This document shows positions 42,901-57,650 of a stretch of 64,000 nucleotides of DNA, one piece after another. The stretch is taken from NCBI GenBank assembly GCA_964016885.1, contig OZ024742.1, positions 342,302,001 through 342,366,000 on the forward strand. Direction: 5' to 3'. The translations under genes and the position numbers were made by a program. Under the pieces are notes generated by a model that was given only the letters and a program-made list of their open reading frames with translations, was not told the DNA's origin and did no database searches. Position 1 is the stretch's first letter, and each line of letters begins with the position of its first letter. This DNA is from Eledone cirrhosa (lineage: Eukaryota).

Positions 42901-45900
42901 GATCTACAGTGGTATGAAGTATGTGATATCCAGTGGTATGAAGTATATGATCTCCATTGGTATGAAGTATGTGATCTCCAGTGGTATGAAGTATGTGATC
43001 TACAGTGGTATGAAGTATGTGATCTCCAGTGGTATGAAGTATGTGATCTACAGTGGTATGAAGTATGTGATCTACAATGGTATGAAGTATGTGATATCCT
43101 GTGGTATGAAGTATGTGATCTACAGTGGTATGAAGTATGTGATCTACAGTGGTATGAAGTATGTGATCTCCTGTGGTATGAAGTATGTGATCTCCAGTGG
43201 TATGAAGTATGTGATCTACAGTGATATGAGGTATGTGATCTACAGTGGTATGAAGTATGTGATCTCCTGTGATATGAAGTATGTGATCTACAGTGGTATG
43301 AAGTATGTGATCTACAGTGGTATGAAGTATGTGATCTCCAGTGGTATGAAGTATGTGATCTACAGTGGTATGAAGTATGTGATCTACAGTGGTATGATGT
43401 ATGTGATCTCCAGTGGTATGAAGTATGTGATCTCCTGTGGTATGAAGTATGTGATCTACAGTGGTATGAAGTATGTGATCTACAGTTGTATGAAGTATGT
43501 GATCTCCAGTGGTATGAAGTATGTGATCTACAGTGGTATGAAGTATGTGATCTACAGTGGTATGAAGTATGTGATCTACAGTGGTATGAAGTATGTGATC
43601 TCCAGTGGTATGATGAATGTGATCTACAGTGGTATGAAATATGTGATCTCCAGTGCTATGAAGTATGTGATCTACAGTGGTATGAAGTATGTCAGCTCCA
43701 GTGGTATGAAGTATGTGATCTCCAGTGGTATGAAATATGTGATCTACAGTGGTATGAAGTATGTGATCTCCAGTGGTATGAAGTGTGTGATCTACAGTGG
43801 TATGAAGTATGTGATATCCTGTGATATGAAGTATGTGATATCCTGTGGTATGAAGTATGTGATCTACAGTGGTATGAAGTATGTGATCTACAGTGGTATG
43901 AAGTATGTGATCTCCAGGGGTATGAAGTATGTGATCTACAGTGGTATGAAGTATGTGATCTACAGTGGTATGAAGTATGTGATCTACAGTGGTATGAAGT
44001 ATGTGATCTCCAGTGGTATGAAAGTATTTGATCTCCAGTGGTATGAAGTATGTGATCTCCAGTGGTATGAAGTATGTCAGCTCCAGTGGTATGAAGTATG
44101 TGATCTACAGTGGTATGATGTATGTGATATCCAGTGGTATGAAGTATGTGATCTCCATTGGTATGAAGTATGTGATCTGCAGTGATATGAAGTATGTGAT
44201 CTACAGTGGTATGAAGTATGTGATCTTCAGTGGTATGAAGTATGTGATCTCCAGTGGTATGAATTATGTGATCTACAGTGGTATGAAGTATGTGATCTAC
44301 AGTCGTATGAAGTATGTGATCTACAGTGGTATGAAGTATGTGATCTCCAGTGGTATGAAGTATGTGATCTCCAGTGGTATGAAGTATGTGATCTACAGTG
44401 GTATGAAGTATGTGATCTACAGTGGTATGATGTATGTGATCTCCAGTGGTATGAAGTATGTGATCTCCAGTCGTATGAAGTATGTGATCTACAGTGGTAT
44501 GAAGTATGTGATCTCCAGTGGTATGAAGTATGTGATCTACAGTGGTATGAAGTATGTGATCTACAGTGGTATGAAGTATGTCAGCTCCAGTGGTATGATG
44601 TATGTGATCTCCAGTGGTATGAAGTATGTGATCTACAGTGGTATGATGTATGTGATGTCCAGTGGTATGAAGTATGTGATCTACAGTGGTATGAAGTATG
44701 TGATCTCCATTGGTATGAAGTATGTGATCTCCAGTGGTATGAAGTATGTGATCTCCAGTGGTATGAAGTATGTGATCTCCAGTGGTATGAAGTATGTGAT
44801 CTACAGTGGTATGAAGTATGTGATCTACAGTGGTATGAAGTATGTGATCTACAGTGGTATGAAGTATGTGATATCCTGTGGTATGAAGTATATGATCTAC
44901 AGTGGTATGAAGTATGTGATCTCCAGTGGTATGAAGTATGTGATCTACAGTGGTATGAAGTATGTGATCTACAGTGGTATGAAGTATGTGATATCCTGTG
45001 GTATGAAAGTATGTGATCTCCAGTGGTATGAAGTATGTGATCTACAGTGGTATGAAGTATGTGATCTACAGTGATATGAAGTATGTGATCTACAGTGGTA
45101 TGAAGTATGTGATATACTGTGGTATGAAGTATGTGATCTCCATTGGTATGAAGTATGTGATCTCCAGTGGTATGAAGTATGTGATCTCCAGTGGTATGAA
45201 GTATGTGATCTCCAGTGGTATGAAGTATGTGATCTACAGTGGTATGAAGTATGTGATCTACAGTGGTATGAAGTATGTGATCTACAGTGGTATGAAGTAT
45301 GTGATATCTTGTGGTATGAAGTATATGATCTCCATTGGTATGAAGTATGTGATCTCCAGTGGTATGAAGTATGTGATCTACAGTGGTATGAAGTATGTGA
45401 TCTCCAGTGGTATGAAGTATGTGATCTACAGTGGTATGAAGTATGTGATCTACAGTGATATGAAGTATGTGATCTACAGTGGTATGAAGTATGTGATATC
45501 CTGTGGTATGAAGTATGTGATCTCCATTGGTATGAAGTATGTGATCTCCAGTGGTATGAAGTATGTGATCTCCAGTGGTATGAAGTATGTGATCTACAGT
45601 GGTATGAAGTATGTGATCTACAGTGGTATGAAGTATGTCAGCTCCAGTGGTATGATGTATGTGATCTCCAGTGGTATGAAGTATGTGATCAACAGTGGTA
45701 TGAAGTATGTGATCTCCAGTGGTATGAAGTATGTGATCTACAGTGGTATGATGTATGTGATGTCCAGTGGTATGAAGTATGTGATCTACAGTGGTATGAA
45801 GTATGTGATCTCCAGTGGTATGAAGTATGTGATCTCCAGTGGTATGAAGTATGTGATCTACAGTGGTATGAAGTATGTGATCTACAGTGGTATGATGTAT

Positions 45901-48900
45901 GTGATATCCCGTGGTATGAAGTATGTGATCTCCAGTGGTATGAAGTATGTCAGCTCCACTGGTATGAAGTATGTGATCTACAGTGGTATGAAGTATGTGA
46001 TATCCTGTGGTATGAATTATGTGATGTCCAGTGGTATGAAGTATGTGATCTCCAGTGTTATGAAGTATGTCAGCTCCAGTGGTATGAAGTATGTCAGCTC
46101 CAGTGGTATGAAGTATGTCAGCTCCTGTGGTATGAAGTATGTGATCTCCAGTGGTATGAAGTATGTCAGCTTCAGTGGTATGAAGTATGTTAGCTCCAGT
46201 GGTATGAAGTATGTGATATCTTGTGGTATGAAGTATGTGATCTCCAGTGGTATGAAGTATGTGATCTACAGTGGTATGAAGTATGTGATCTACAGTGGTA
46301 TGAAGTGTGTCAGCTCCAGTGGTATGAAGTATGTGATCTCCAGTGGTATGAAGTATGTGATCTACAGTGGTATGAAGTATGTGATCTACAGTGGTATGAA
46401 GTATGTGATCTACAGTGGTATGAAGTATGTCAGTTCCAGTGGTATGAAGTATGTGATCTCCAGTGGTATGAAGTATGTGATCTACAGTGGTATGAAGTAT
46501 GTGATCTACAGTGGTATGAAGTATGTGATCTACAGTGGTATGAAGTATGTCAGCTCCAGTGGTATGAAGTATGTGATCTACAGTGGTATGAAGTATGTGA
46601 TCTACAGTGGTATGAAGTATGTGATCTCCAGTGGTATGAAAGTATGCGATCTCCAGTGGTATGAGTATGTGATCTACAGTGGTATGAAGTATGTGATCTA
46701 CAGTGATATGAAGTATGTGATCTACAGTGGTATGAAGTATGTGATATCCTGTGGTATGAAGTATGTGATCTCCATTGGTATGAAGTATGTGATCTCCAGT
46801 GGTATGAAGTATGTGATCTCCAGTGGTATGAAGTATGTGATCTACAGTGGTATGAAGTATGTGATCTACAGTGGTATGAAGTATGTGATATCCTGTGGTA
46901 TGAAGTATGTGATCTCCATTGGTATGAAGTATGTGATCTCCAGTGGTATGAATTATGTGATCTCCAGTGGTATGATGTATGTGATCTCCAGTGGTATGAA
47001 GTATGTGATCTACAGTGGTATGAAGTATGTGATCTACAGTGGTATGAAGTATGTGATATCCTGTGGTATGAAGTATATGATCTCCATTGGTATGAAGTAT
47101 GTGATCTCCAGTGGTATGAAGTATGTGATCTACAGTGGTATGAAGTATGTGATCTCCATTGGTATGAAGTATGTGATCTACAGTGGTATGAAGTATGTGA
47201 TCTACAGTGGTATGAAGTATGTGATCTCCAGGGGTATGAAGTATGTGATCTACAGTGGTATGAAGTATGTGATCTACAGTGGTATGAAGTATGTGATATC
47301 CTGTGGTATGAAGTATGTGATCTACAGTGGTATGAAGTATGTGATCTACAGTGGTATGAAGTATGTGATCTCATGTGGTATGAAGTATGTGATCTCCAGT
47401 GGTATGAAGTATGTGATCTACAGTGATATGAGGTATGTGATCTACAGTGGTATGAAGTATGTGATCTCCTGTGATATGAAGTATGTGATCTACAGTGGTA
47501 TGAAGTATGTGATCTACAGTGGTATGAAGTATGTGATCTCCAGTTGTATGAAGTATGTGATCTACAGTGGTATGAAGTATGTGATCTACAGTGGTATGAT
47601 GTATGTGATCTCCAGTGGTATGAAGTATGTGATCTCCTGTGGTATGAAGTATGTGATCTCCAGTGGTATGAAGTATGTGATCTACAGTTGTATGAAGTAT
47701 GTGATCTCCAGTGGTATGAAGTATGTGATCTACAGTGGTATGAAGTATGTGATCTACAGTGGTATGAAGTATGTGATCTACAGTGGTATGAAGTATGTGA
47801 TCTCCAGTGGTATGATGAATGTGATCTACAGTGGTATGAAATATGTGATCTCCAGTGCTATGAAGTATGTGATCTACAGTGGTATGAAGTATGTCAGCTC
47901 CAGTGGTATGAAGTATGTGATCTCCAGTGGTATGAAGTATGTGATCTACAGTGGTATGAAGTATGTGATCTCCAGTGCTATGAAGTATGTGATCTACAGT
48001 GGTATGAAGTGTGTGATCTACAGTGGTATGAAGTATGTGATATCCTGTGATATGAAGTATGTGATATCCTGTGGTATGAAGTATGTGATCTACAGTGGTA
48101 TGAAGTATGTGATCTACAGTGGTATGAAGTATGTGATCTCCAGGGGTATGAAGTATGTGATCTACAGTGGTATGAAGTATGTGATCTACAGTGGTATGAA
48201 GTATGTGATATCCTGTGGTATGAAGTATGTGATCTACAGTGGTATGAAGTATGTGATCTACAGTGGTATGAAGTATGTGATCTCCTGTGGTATGAAGTAT
48301 GTGATCTCCAGTGGTATGAAGTATGTGATCTACAGTGATATGAGGTATGTGATCTACAGTGGTATGAAGTATGTGATCTCCTGTGATATGAAGTATGTGA
48401 TCTACAGTGGTATGAAGTATGTGATCTACAGTGGTATGAAGTATGTGATCTCCAGTGGTATGAATTATGTGATCTACAGTGGTATGAAGTATGTGATCTA
48501 CAGTTGTATGATGTATGTGATCTCCAGTGGTATGAAGTATGTGATCTCCATTGGTATGAAGTATGTGATCTCCAGTGGTATGAAGTATGTGATCTACAGT
48601 GGTATGAAGTATGTGATCTCCAGTGGTATGAAGTATGTGATCTACAGTGGTATGAAGTATGTGATCTACAATGGTATGAAGTATGTGATATCCTGTGGTA
48701 TGAAGTATGTGATCTACAGTGGTATGAAGTATGTGATCTACAGTGGTATGAAGTATGTGATCTCCTGTGGTATGAAGTATGTGATCTCCAGTGGTATGAA
48801 GTATGTGATCTACAGTGATATGAGGTATGTGATCTACAGTGGTATGAAGTATGTGATCTCCTGTGATATGAAGTATGTGATCTACAGTGGTATGAAGTAT

Positions 48901-51900
48901 GTGATCTACAGTGGTATGAAGTATGTGATCTGCAGTGGTATGAAGTATGTGATCTACAGTGGTATGAAGTATGTGATCTACAGTGGTATGATGTATGTGA
49001 TCTCCAGTGGTATGAAGTATGTGATCTCCATTGGTATGAAGTATGTGATCTCCAGTGGTATGAAGTATGTGATCTACAGTGGTATGAAGTATGTGATCTC
49101 CAGTGGTATGAAGTATGTGATCTCCAGTGGTATGAAGTATGTGATCTAGAGTGGTATGAAGTATGTGATCTCCAGTGGTATGAAGTATGTGATCTCCAGT
49201 GGTATGAAGAATGTGATCTACAGTGGTATGAAATATGTGATCTCCAGTGCTATGAAGTATGTGATCTACAGTGGTATGAAGTATGTCAGCTCCAGTGGTA
49301 TGAAGTATGTGATCTCCAGTGGTATGAAGTATGTGATCTACAGTGGTATGAAGTATGTGATCTCCAGTGGTATGAAGTATGTGATCTACAGTGGTATGAA
49401 GTGTGTGATCTACAGTGGTATGAAGTATGTGATATCCTGTGATATGAAGTATGTGATATCCTGTGGTATGAAGTATGTGATCTCCAGTGGTATGAAGTAT
49501 GTGATCTACAGTGGTATGAAGTATGTGATCTACAGTTGTATGATGTATGTGACCCCAGTGGTATGAAGTATGTGATCTCCATTGGTATGAAGTATGTGAT
49601 CTCCAGTGGTATGAAGTATGTGATCTACAGTGGTATGAAGTATGTGATCTCCAGTGGTATGAAGTATGTGATCTACAGTGGTATGAAGTATGTGATCTAC
49701 AATGGTATGAAGTATGTGATATCCTGTGGTATGAAGTATGTGATCTTCAGTGGTATGAAGTATGTGATCTACAGTGGTATGAAGTATGTGATCTCCTGTG
49801 GTATGAAGTATGTGATCTCCAGTGGTATGAAGTATGTGATCTACAGTGATATGAGGTATGTGATCTACAGTGGTATGAAGTATGTGATCTCCTGTGATAT
49901 GAAGTATGTGATCTACAGTGGTATGAAGTATGTGATCTACAGTGGTATGAAGTATGTGATCTGCAGTGGTATGAAGTATGTGATCTACAGTGGTATGAAG
50001 TATGTGATCTACAGTGGTATGATGTATGTGATCTCCAGTGGTATGAAGTATGTGATCTCCATTGGTATGAAGTATGTGATCTCCAGTGGTATGAAGTATG
50101 TGATCTACAGTGGTATGAAGTATGTGATCTCCAGTGGTATGAAGTATGTGATCTCCAGTGGTATGAAGTATGTGATCTAGAGTGGTATGAAGTATGTGAT
50201 CTCCAGTGGTATGAAGTATGTGATCTCCAGTGGTATGAAGAATGTGATCTACAGTGGTATGAAATATGTTATCTCCAGTGCTATGAAGTATGTGATCTAC
50301 AGTGGTATGAAGTATGTCAGCTCCAGTGGTATGAAGTATGTGATCTCCAGTGGTATGAAGTATGTGATCTACAGTGGTATGAAGTATGTGATCTCCAGTG
50401 GTATGAAGTATGTGATCTACAGTGGTATGAAGTGTGTGATCTACAGTGGTATGAAGTATGTGATATCCTGTGATATGAAGTATGTGATATCCTGTGGTAT
50501 GAAGTATGTGATCTACAGTGGTATGAAGTATGTGATCTCCTGTGATATGAAGTATGTGATCTACAGTGGTATGAAGTATGTGATCTACAGTGGTATGAAG
50601 TATGTGATCTCCAGGGGTATGAAGTATGTGATCTACAGTGGTATGAAGTATGTGATCTCCAGTGGTATGAAGTATGTCAGCTCCAGTGGTATGAAGTATG
50701 TGATCTACAGTGGTATGAAGTATGTGATCTACAGTGGTATGATGTATGTGATATCCAGTGGTATGAAGTATGTGATCTCCATTGGTATGAAGTATGTGAT
50801 CTGCAGTGATATGAAGTATGTGATCTACAGTGGTATGAAGTATGTGATCTTCAGTGGTATGAAGTATGTGATCTCCAGTGGTATGAAGTATGTGATCTAC
50901 AGTGGTATGAAGTATGTGATCTACAGTGGTATGAAGTATGTGATCTACAGTGGTATGAAGTATGTGATCTCCAGTGGTATGATGTATGTGATCTCCAGTG
51001 GTATGAAGTATGTGATCTACAGTGGTATGAAGTATGTGATCTACAGTGGTATGAAGTATGTGATCTCCAGTGGTATGAAGTATGTGATCTACAGTGGTAT
51101 GAAGTATGTGATCTACAGTGGTATGAAGTATGTGATCTCCAGTGGTATGAAAGTATGTGATCTCCAGTGGTATGAAGTATGTGATCTACAGAGGTATGAA
51201 GTATGTGATCTACAGTGATATGAAGTATGTGATCTACAGTGGTATGAAGTATGTGATATCCTGTGGTATGAAGTATGTGATCTCCATTGGTATGAAGTAT
51301 GTGATCTCCAGTGGTATGAAGTATGTGATCTCCAGTGGTATGAAGTATGTGATCTCCAGTGGTATGAAGTATGTGATCTACAGTGGTATGAAGTATGTGA
51401 TCTACAGTGGTATGAAGTATGTGATCTACAGTGGTATGAAGTCTGTGATATCCTGTGGTATGAAGTATATGATCTCCATTGGTATGAAGTATGTGATCTC
51501 CAGTGGTATGAAGTATGTGATCTACAGTGGTATGAAGTATGTGATCTCCAGTGGTATGAAGTATGTGATCTACAGTGGTATGAAGTATGTGATCTACAGT
51601 GGTATGAAGTATGTGATATCCTGTGGTATGAAAGTATGTGATCTCCAGTGGTATGAAGTATGTGATCTACAGTGGTATGAAGTATGTGATCTACAGTGAT
51701 ATGAAGTATGTGATCTACAGTGGTATGAAGTATGTGATATACTGTGGTATGAAGTATGTGATCTCCATTGGTATGAAGTATGTGATCTCCAGTGGTATGA
51801 AGTATGTGATCTCCAGTGGTATGAAGTATGTGATCTCCAGTGGTATGAAGTATGTGATCTACAGTGGTATGAAGTATGTGATCTACAGTGGTATGAAGTA

Positions 51901-54900
51901 TGTGATCTACAGTGGTATGAAGTATGTGATATCTTGTGGTATGAAGTATATGATCTCCATTGGTATGAAGTATGTGATCTCCAGTGGTATGAAGTATGTG
52001 ATCTACAGTGGTATGAAGTATGTGATCTCCAGTGGTATGAAGTATGTGATCTACAGTGGTATGAAGTATGTGATCTACAGTGATATGAAGTATGTGATCT
52101 ACAGTGGTATGAAGTATGTGATATCCTGTGGTATGAAGTATGTGATCTCCATTGGTATGAAGTATGTGATCTCCAGTGGTATGAAGTATGTGATCTCCAG
52201 TGGTATGAAGTATGTGATCTACAGTGGTATGAAGTATGTGATCTACAGTGGTATGAAGTATGTCAGCTCCAGTGGTATGATGTATGTGATCTCCAGTGGT
52301 ATGAAGTATGTGATCTACAGTGGTATGATGTATGTGATGTCCAGTGGTATGAAGTATGTGATCTACAGTGGTATGAAGTATGTGATCTCCAGTGGTATGA
52401 AGTATGTGATCTCCAGTGGTATGAAGTATGTGATCTACAGTGGTATGAAGTATGTGATCTACAGTGGTATGATGTATGTGATATCCTGTGGTATGAAGTA
52501 TGTGATCTCCAGTGGTATGAAGTATGTCAGCTCCACTGGTATGAAGTATGTGATCTACAGTGGTATGAAGTATGTGATATCCTGTGGTATGAATTATGTG
52601 ATGTCCAGTGGTATGAAGTATGTGATCTCCAGTGTTATGAAGTATGTCAGCTCCAGTGGTATGAAGTATGTCAGCTCCAGTGGTATGAAGTATGTCAGCT
52701 CCTGTGGTATGAAGTATGTGATCTACAGTGGTATGAAGTATGTCAGCTTCAGTGGTATGAAGTATGTTAGCTCCAGTGGTATGAAGTATGTGATATCTTG
52801 TGGTATGAAGTATGTGATCTCCAGTGGTATGAAGTATGTGATCTACAGTGGTATGAAGTATGTGATCTACAGTGGTATGAAGTGTGTCAGCTCCAGTGGT
52901 ATGAAGTATGTGATCTCCAGTGGTATGAAGTATGTGATCTACAGTGGTATGAAGTATGTGATCTACAGTGGTATGAAGTATGTGATCTACAGTGGTATGA
53001 AGTATGTCAGTTCCAGTGGTATGAAGTATGTGATCTCCAGTGGTATGAAGTATGTGATCTACAGTGGTATGAAGTATGTGATCTACAGTGGTATGAAGTA
53101 TGTGATCTACAGTGGTATGAAGTATGTCAGCTCCAGTGGTATGAAGTATGTGATCTACAGTGGTATGAAGTATGTGATCTACAGTGGTATGAAGTATGTG
53201 ATCTCCAGTGGTATGAAAGTATGCGATCTCCAGTGGTATGAGTATGTGATCTACAGTGGTATGAAGTATGTGATCTACAGTGATATGAAGTATGTGATCT
53301 ACAGTGGTATGAAGTATGTGATATCCTGTGGTATGAAGTATGTGATCTCCATTGGTATGAAGTATGTGATCTCCAGTGGTATGAAGTATGTGATCTCCAG
53401 TGGTATGAAGTATGTGATCTACAGTGGTATGAAGTATGTGATCTACAGTGGTATGAAGTATGTGATATCCTGTGGTATGAAGTATGTGATCTCCATTGGT
53501 ATGAAGTATGTGATCTCCAGTGGTATGAATTATGTGATCTCCAGTGGTATGATGTATGTGATCTCCAGTGGTATGAAGTATGTGATCTACAGTGGTATGA
53601 AGTATGTGATCTACAGTGGTATGAAGTATGTGATATCCAGTGGTATGAAGTATATGATCTCCATTGGTATGAAGTATGTGATCTCCAGTGGTATGAAGTA
53701 TGTGATCTACAGTGGTATGAAGTATGTGATCTCCAGTGGTATGAAGTATGTGATCTACAGTGGTATGAAGTATGTGATCTACAATGGTATGAAGTATGTG
53801 ATATCCTGTGGTATGAAGTATGTGATCTACAGTGGTATGAAGTATGTGATCTACAGTGGTATGAAGTATGTGATCTCCTGTGGTATGAAGTATGTGATCT
53901 CCAGTGGTATGAAGTATGTGATCTACAGTGATATGAGGTATGTGATCTACAGTGGTATGAAGTATGTGATCTCCTGTGATATGAAGTATGTGATCTACAG
54001 TGGTATGAAGTATGTGATCTACAGTGGTATGAAGTATGTGATCTCCAGTGGTATGAAGTATGTGATCTACAGTGGTATGAAGTATGTGATCTACAGTGGT
54101 ATGATGTATGTGATCTCCAGTGGTATGAAGTATGTGATCTCCTGTGGTATGAAGTATGTGATCTCCAGTGGTATGAAGTATGTGATCTACAGTTGTATGA
54201 AGTATGTGATCTCCAGTGGTATGAAGTATGTGATCTACAGTGGTATGAAGTATGTGATCTACAGTGGTATGAAGTATGTGATCTACAGTGGTATGAAGTA
54301 TGTGATCTCCAGTGGTATGATGAATGTGATCTACAGTGGTATGAAATATGTGATCTCCAGTGCTATGAAGTATGTGATCTACAGTGGTATGAAGTATGTC
54401 AGCTCCAGTGGTATGAAGTATGTGATCTCCAGTGGTATGAAATATGTGATCTACAGTGGTATGAAGTATGTGATCTCCAGTGGTATGAAGTATGTGATCT
54501 ACAGTGGTATGAAGTGTGTGATCTACAGTGGTATGAAGTATGTGATATCCTGTGATATGAAGTATGTGATATCCTGTGGTATGAAGTATCTGATCTACAG
54601 TGGTATGAAGTATGTGATCTACAGTGGTATGAAGTATGTGATCTCCAGGGGTATGAAGTATGTGATCTACAGTGGTATGAAGTATGTGATCTACAGTGGT
54701 ATGAAGTATGTGATCTACAGTGGTATGAAGTATGTGATCTCCAGTGGTATGAAAGTATTTGATCTCCAGTGGTATGAAGTATGTGATCTCCAGTGGTATG
54801 AAGTATGTCAGCTCCAGTGGTATGAAGTATGTGATCTACAGTGGTATGAAGTATGTGATCTACAGTGGTATGATGTATGTGATATCCAGTGGTATGAAGT

Positions 54901-55185
54901 ATGTGATCTCCATTGGTATGAAGTATGTGATCTGCAGTGATATGAAGTATGTGATCTACAGTGGTATGAAGTATGTGATCTTCAGTGGTATGAAGTATGT
55001 GATCTCCAGTGGTATGAATTATGTGATCTACAGTGGTATGAAGTATGTGATCTACAGTCGTATGAAGTATGTGATCTACAGTGGTATGAAGTATGTGATC
55101 TCCAGTGGTATGAAGTATGTGATCTCCAGTGGTATGAAGTATGTGATCTACAGTGGTATGAAGTATGTGATCTACAGTGGTATGA
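33990..55185 (+). repeat. Near-tandem ~10.7-kb duplication (copy 1 ~33990-44430, copy 2 ~44700-55185; offset 10707 bp = 446 monomers + 3 nt)
   Basis: Rare variants and ORF boundaries recur at +10707: ORF starts 34306/45013, 38449/49156, 38829/49536, 39480/50187, 40450/51157, 40931/51638; TGCGATC at 35940/46647 and 42517/53224; GACCCC deletion at ~38845/~49552. End points are approximate. Confidence 0.93.
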
Positions 55186-55429
55186 AGTATGTGATCTCCA
55201 GTGGTATGAAGTATGTGATCTACAGTGGTATGAAGTATGTGATCTACAGTGGTATGAAGTATGTGATCTCCAGTGGTATGAAAGTATGTGATCTCCAGTG
55301 GTATGAAGTATGTGATCTACAGTGGTATGAAGTATGTGATCTACAGTGATATGAAGTATGTGATCTACAGTGGTATGAAGTATGTGATATCCTGTGGTAT
55401 GAAGTATGTGATCTCCATTGGTATGAAGT

Positions 55430-57650
55430 ATGTGATCTCCAGTGGTATGAAGTATGTGATCTCCAGTGGTATGAAGTATGTGATCTCCAGTGGTATGAAG
55501 TATGTGATCTACAGTGGTATGAAGTATGTGATCTACAGTGGTATGAAGTATGTGATATCTTGTGGTATGAAGTATATGATCTCCATTGGTATGAAGTATG
55601 TGATCTCCAGTGGTATGAAGTATGTGATCTACAGTGGTATGAAGTATGTGATCTCCAGTGGTATGAAGTATGTGATCTACAGTGGTATGAAGTATGTGAT
55701 CTACAGTGGTATGAAGTATGTGATATCCTGTGGTATGAAGTCTGTGATCTACAGTGGTATGAAGTATGTGATCTACAGTGGTATGAAGTATGTGATCTCC
55801 TGTGGTATGAAGTATGTGATCTCCAGTGGTATGAAGTATGTGATCTACAGTGATATGAGGTATGTGATCTACAGTGGTATGAAGTATGTGATCTCCTGTG
55901 ATATGAAGTATGTGATCTACAGTGGTATGAAGTATGTGATCTACAGTGGTATGAAGTATGTGATCTCCAGTGGTATGAAGTATGTGATCTACAGTGGTAT
56001 GAAGTATGTGATCTACAGTTGTATGATGTATGTGATCTCCAGTGGTATGAAGTATGTGATCTCCATTGGTATGAAGTATGTGATCTCCAGTGGTATGAAG
56101 TATGTGATCTACAGTGGTATGAAGTATGTGATCTCCAGTGGTATGAAGTATGTGATCTACAGTGGTATGAAGTATGTGATCTACAATGGTATGAAGTATG
56201 TGATATCCTGTGGTATGAAGTATGTGATCTACAGTGGTATGAAGTATGTGATCTACAGTGGTATGAAGTATGTGATCTCCTGTGGTATGAAGTATGTGAT
56301 CTCCAGTGGTATGAAGTATGTGATCTACAGTGATATGAGGTATGTGATCTACAGTGGTATGAAGTATGTGATCTCCTGTGATATGAAGTATGTGATCTAC
56401 AGTGGTATGAAGTATGTGATCTACAGTGGTATGAAGTATGTGATCTGCAGTGGTATGAAGTATGTGATGTCCTGTGGTATGAAGTATGTGATCTACAGTG
56501 GTATGAAGTATGTGATCTCCAGTGGTATGAAGTATGTGATCTCCAGTGGTATGAAGTATGTGATCTCCAGTGGTATGAAGTATGTGATCTCCAGTGGTAT
56601 GAAGTATGTGATCTACAGTGGTATGAAGTATGTGATCTACAGTGGTATGAAGTATGTGATATCTTGTGGTATGAAGTATATGATCTCCATTGGTATGAAG
56701 TATGTGATCTCCAGTGGTATGAAGTATGTGATCTACAGTGGTATGAAGTATGTGATCTCCAGTGGTATGAAGTATGTGATCTACAGTGGTATGAAGTATG
56801 TGATCTACAGTGGTATGAAGTATGTGATATCCTGTGGTATGAAGTATGTGATCTACAGTGGTATGAAGTATGTGATCTACAGTGGTATGAAGTATGTGAT
56901 CTCCTGTGGTATGAAGTATGTGATCTCCAGTGGTATGAAGTATGTGATCTACAGTGATATGAGGTATGTGATCTACAGTGGTATGAAGTATGTGATCTCC
57001 TGTGATATGAAGTATGTGATCTACAGTGGTATGAAGTATGTGATCTACAGTGGTATGAAGTATGTGATCTCCAGTGGTATGAAGTATGTGATCTACAGTG
57101 GTATGAAGTATGTGATCTACAGTTGTATGATGTATGTGATCTCCAGTGGTATGAAGTATGTGATCTCCATTGGTATGAAGTATGTGATCTCCAGTGGTAT
57201 GAAGTATGTGATCTACAGTGGTATGAAGTATGTGATCTCCAGTGGTATGAAGTATGTGATCTACAGTGGTATGAAGTATGTGATCTACAATGGTATGAAG
57301 TATGTGATATCCTGTGGTATGAAGTATGTGATCTACAGTGGTATGAAGTATGTGATCTACAGTGGTATGACGTATGTGATCTCCTGTGGTATGAAGTATG
57401 TGATCTCCAGTGGTATGAAGTATGTGATCTACAGTGATATGAGGTATGTGATCTACAGTGGTATGAAGTATGTGATCTCCTGTGATATGAAGTATGTGAT
57501 CTACAGTGGTATGAAGTATGTGATCTACAGTGGTATGAAGTATGTGATCTGCAGTGGTATGAAGTATGTGATGTCCTGTGGTATGAAGTATGTGATCTAC
57601 AGTGGTATGAAGTATGTGATCTCCAGTGGTATGAAGTATGTGATCTCCAG
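55430..57650 (+). repeat. Tandem 1104-bp duplication (46 monomers)
   Basis: ORF starts 55560/56664 and 56019/57123 are offset by 1104, as is the private GATGTCCTGTGG monomer at ~56466/~57570. Confidence 0.86.
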
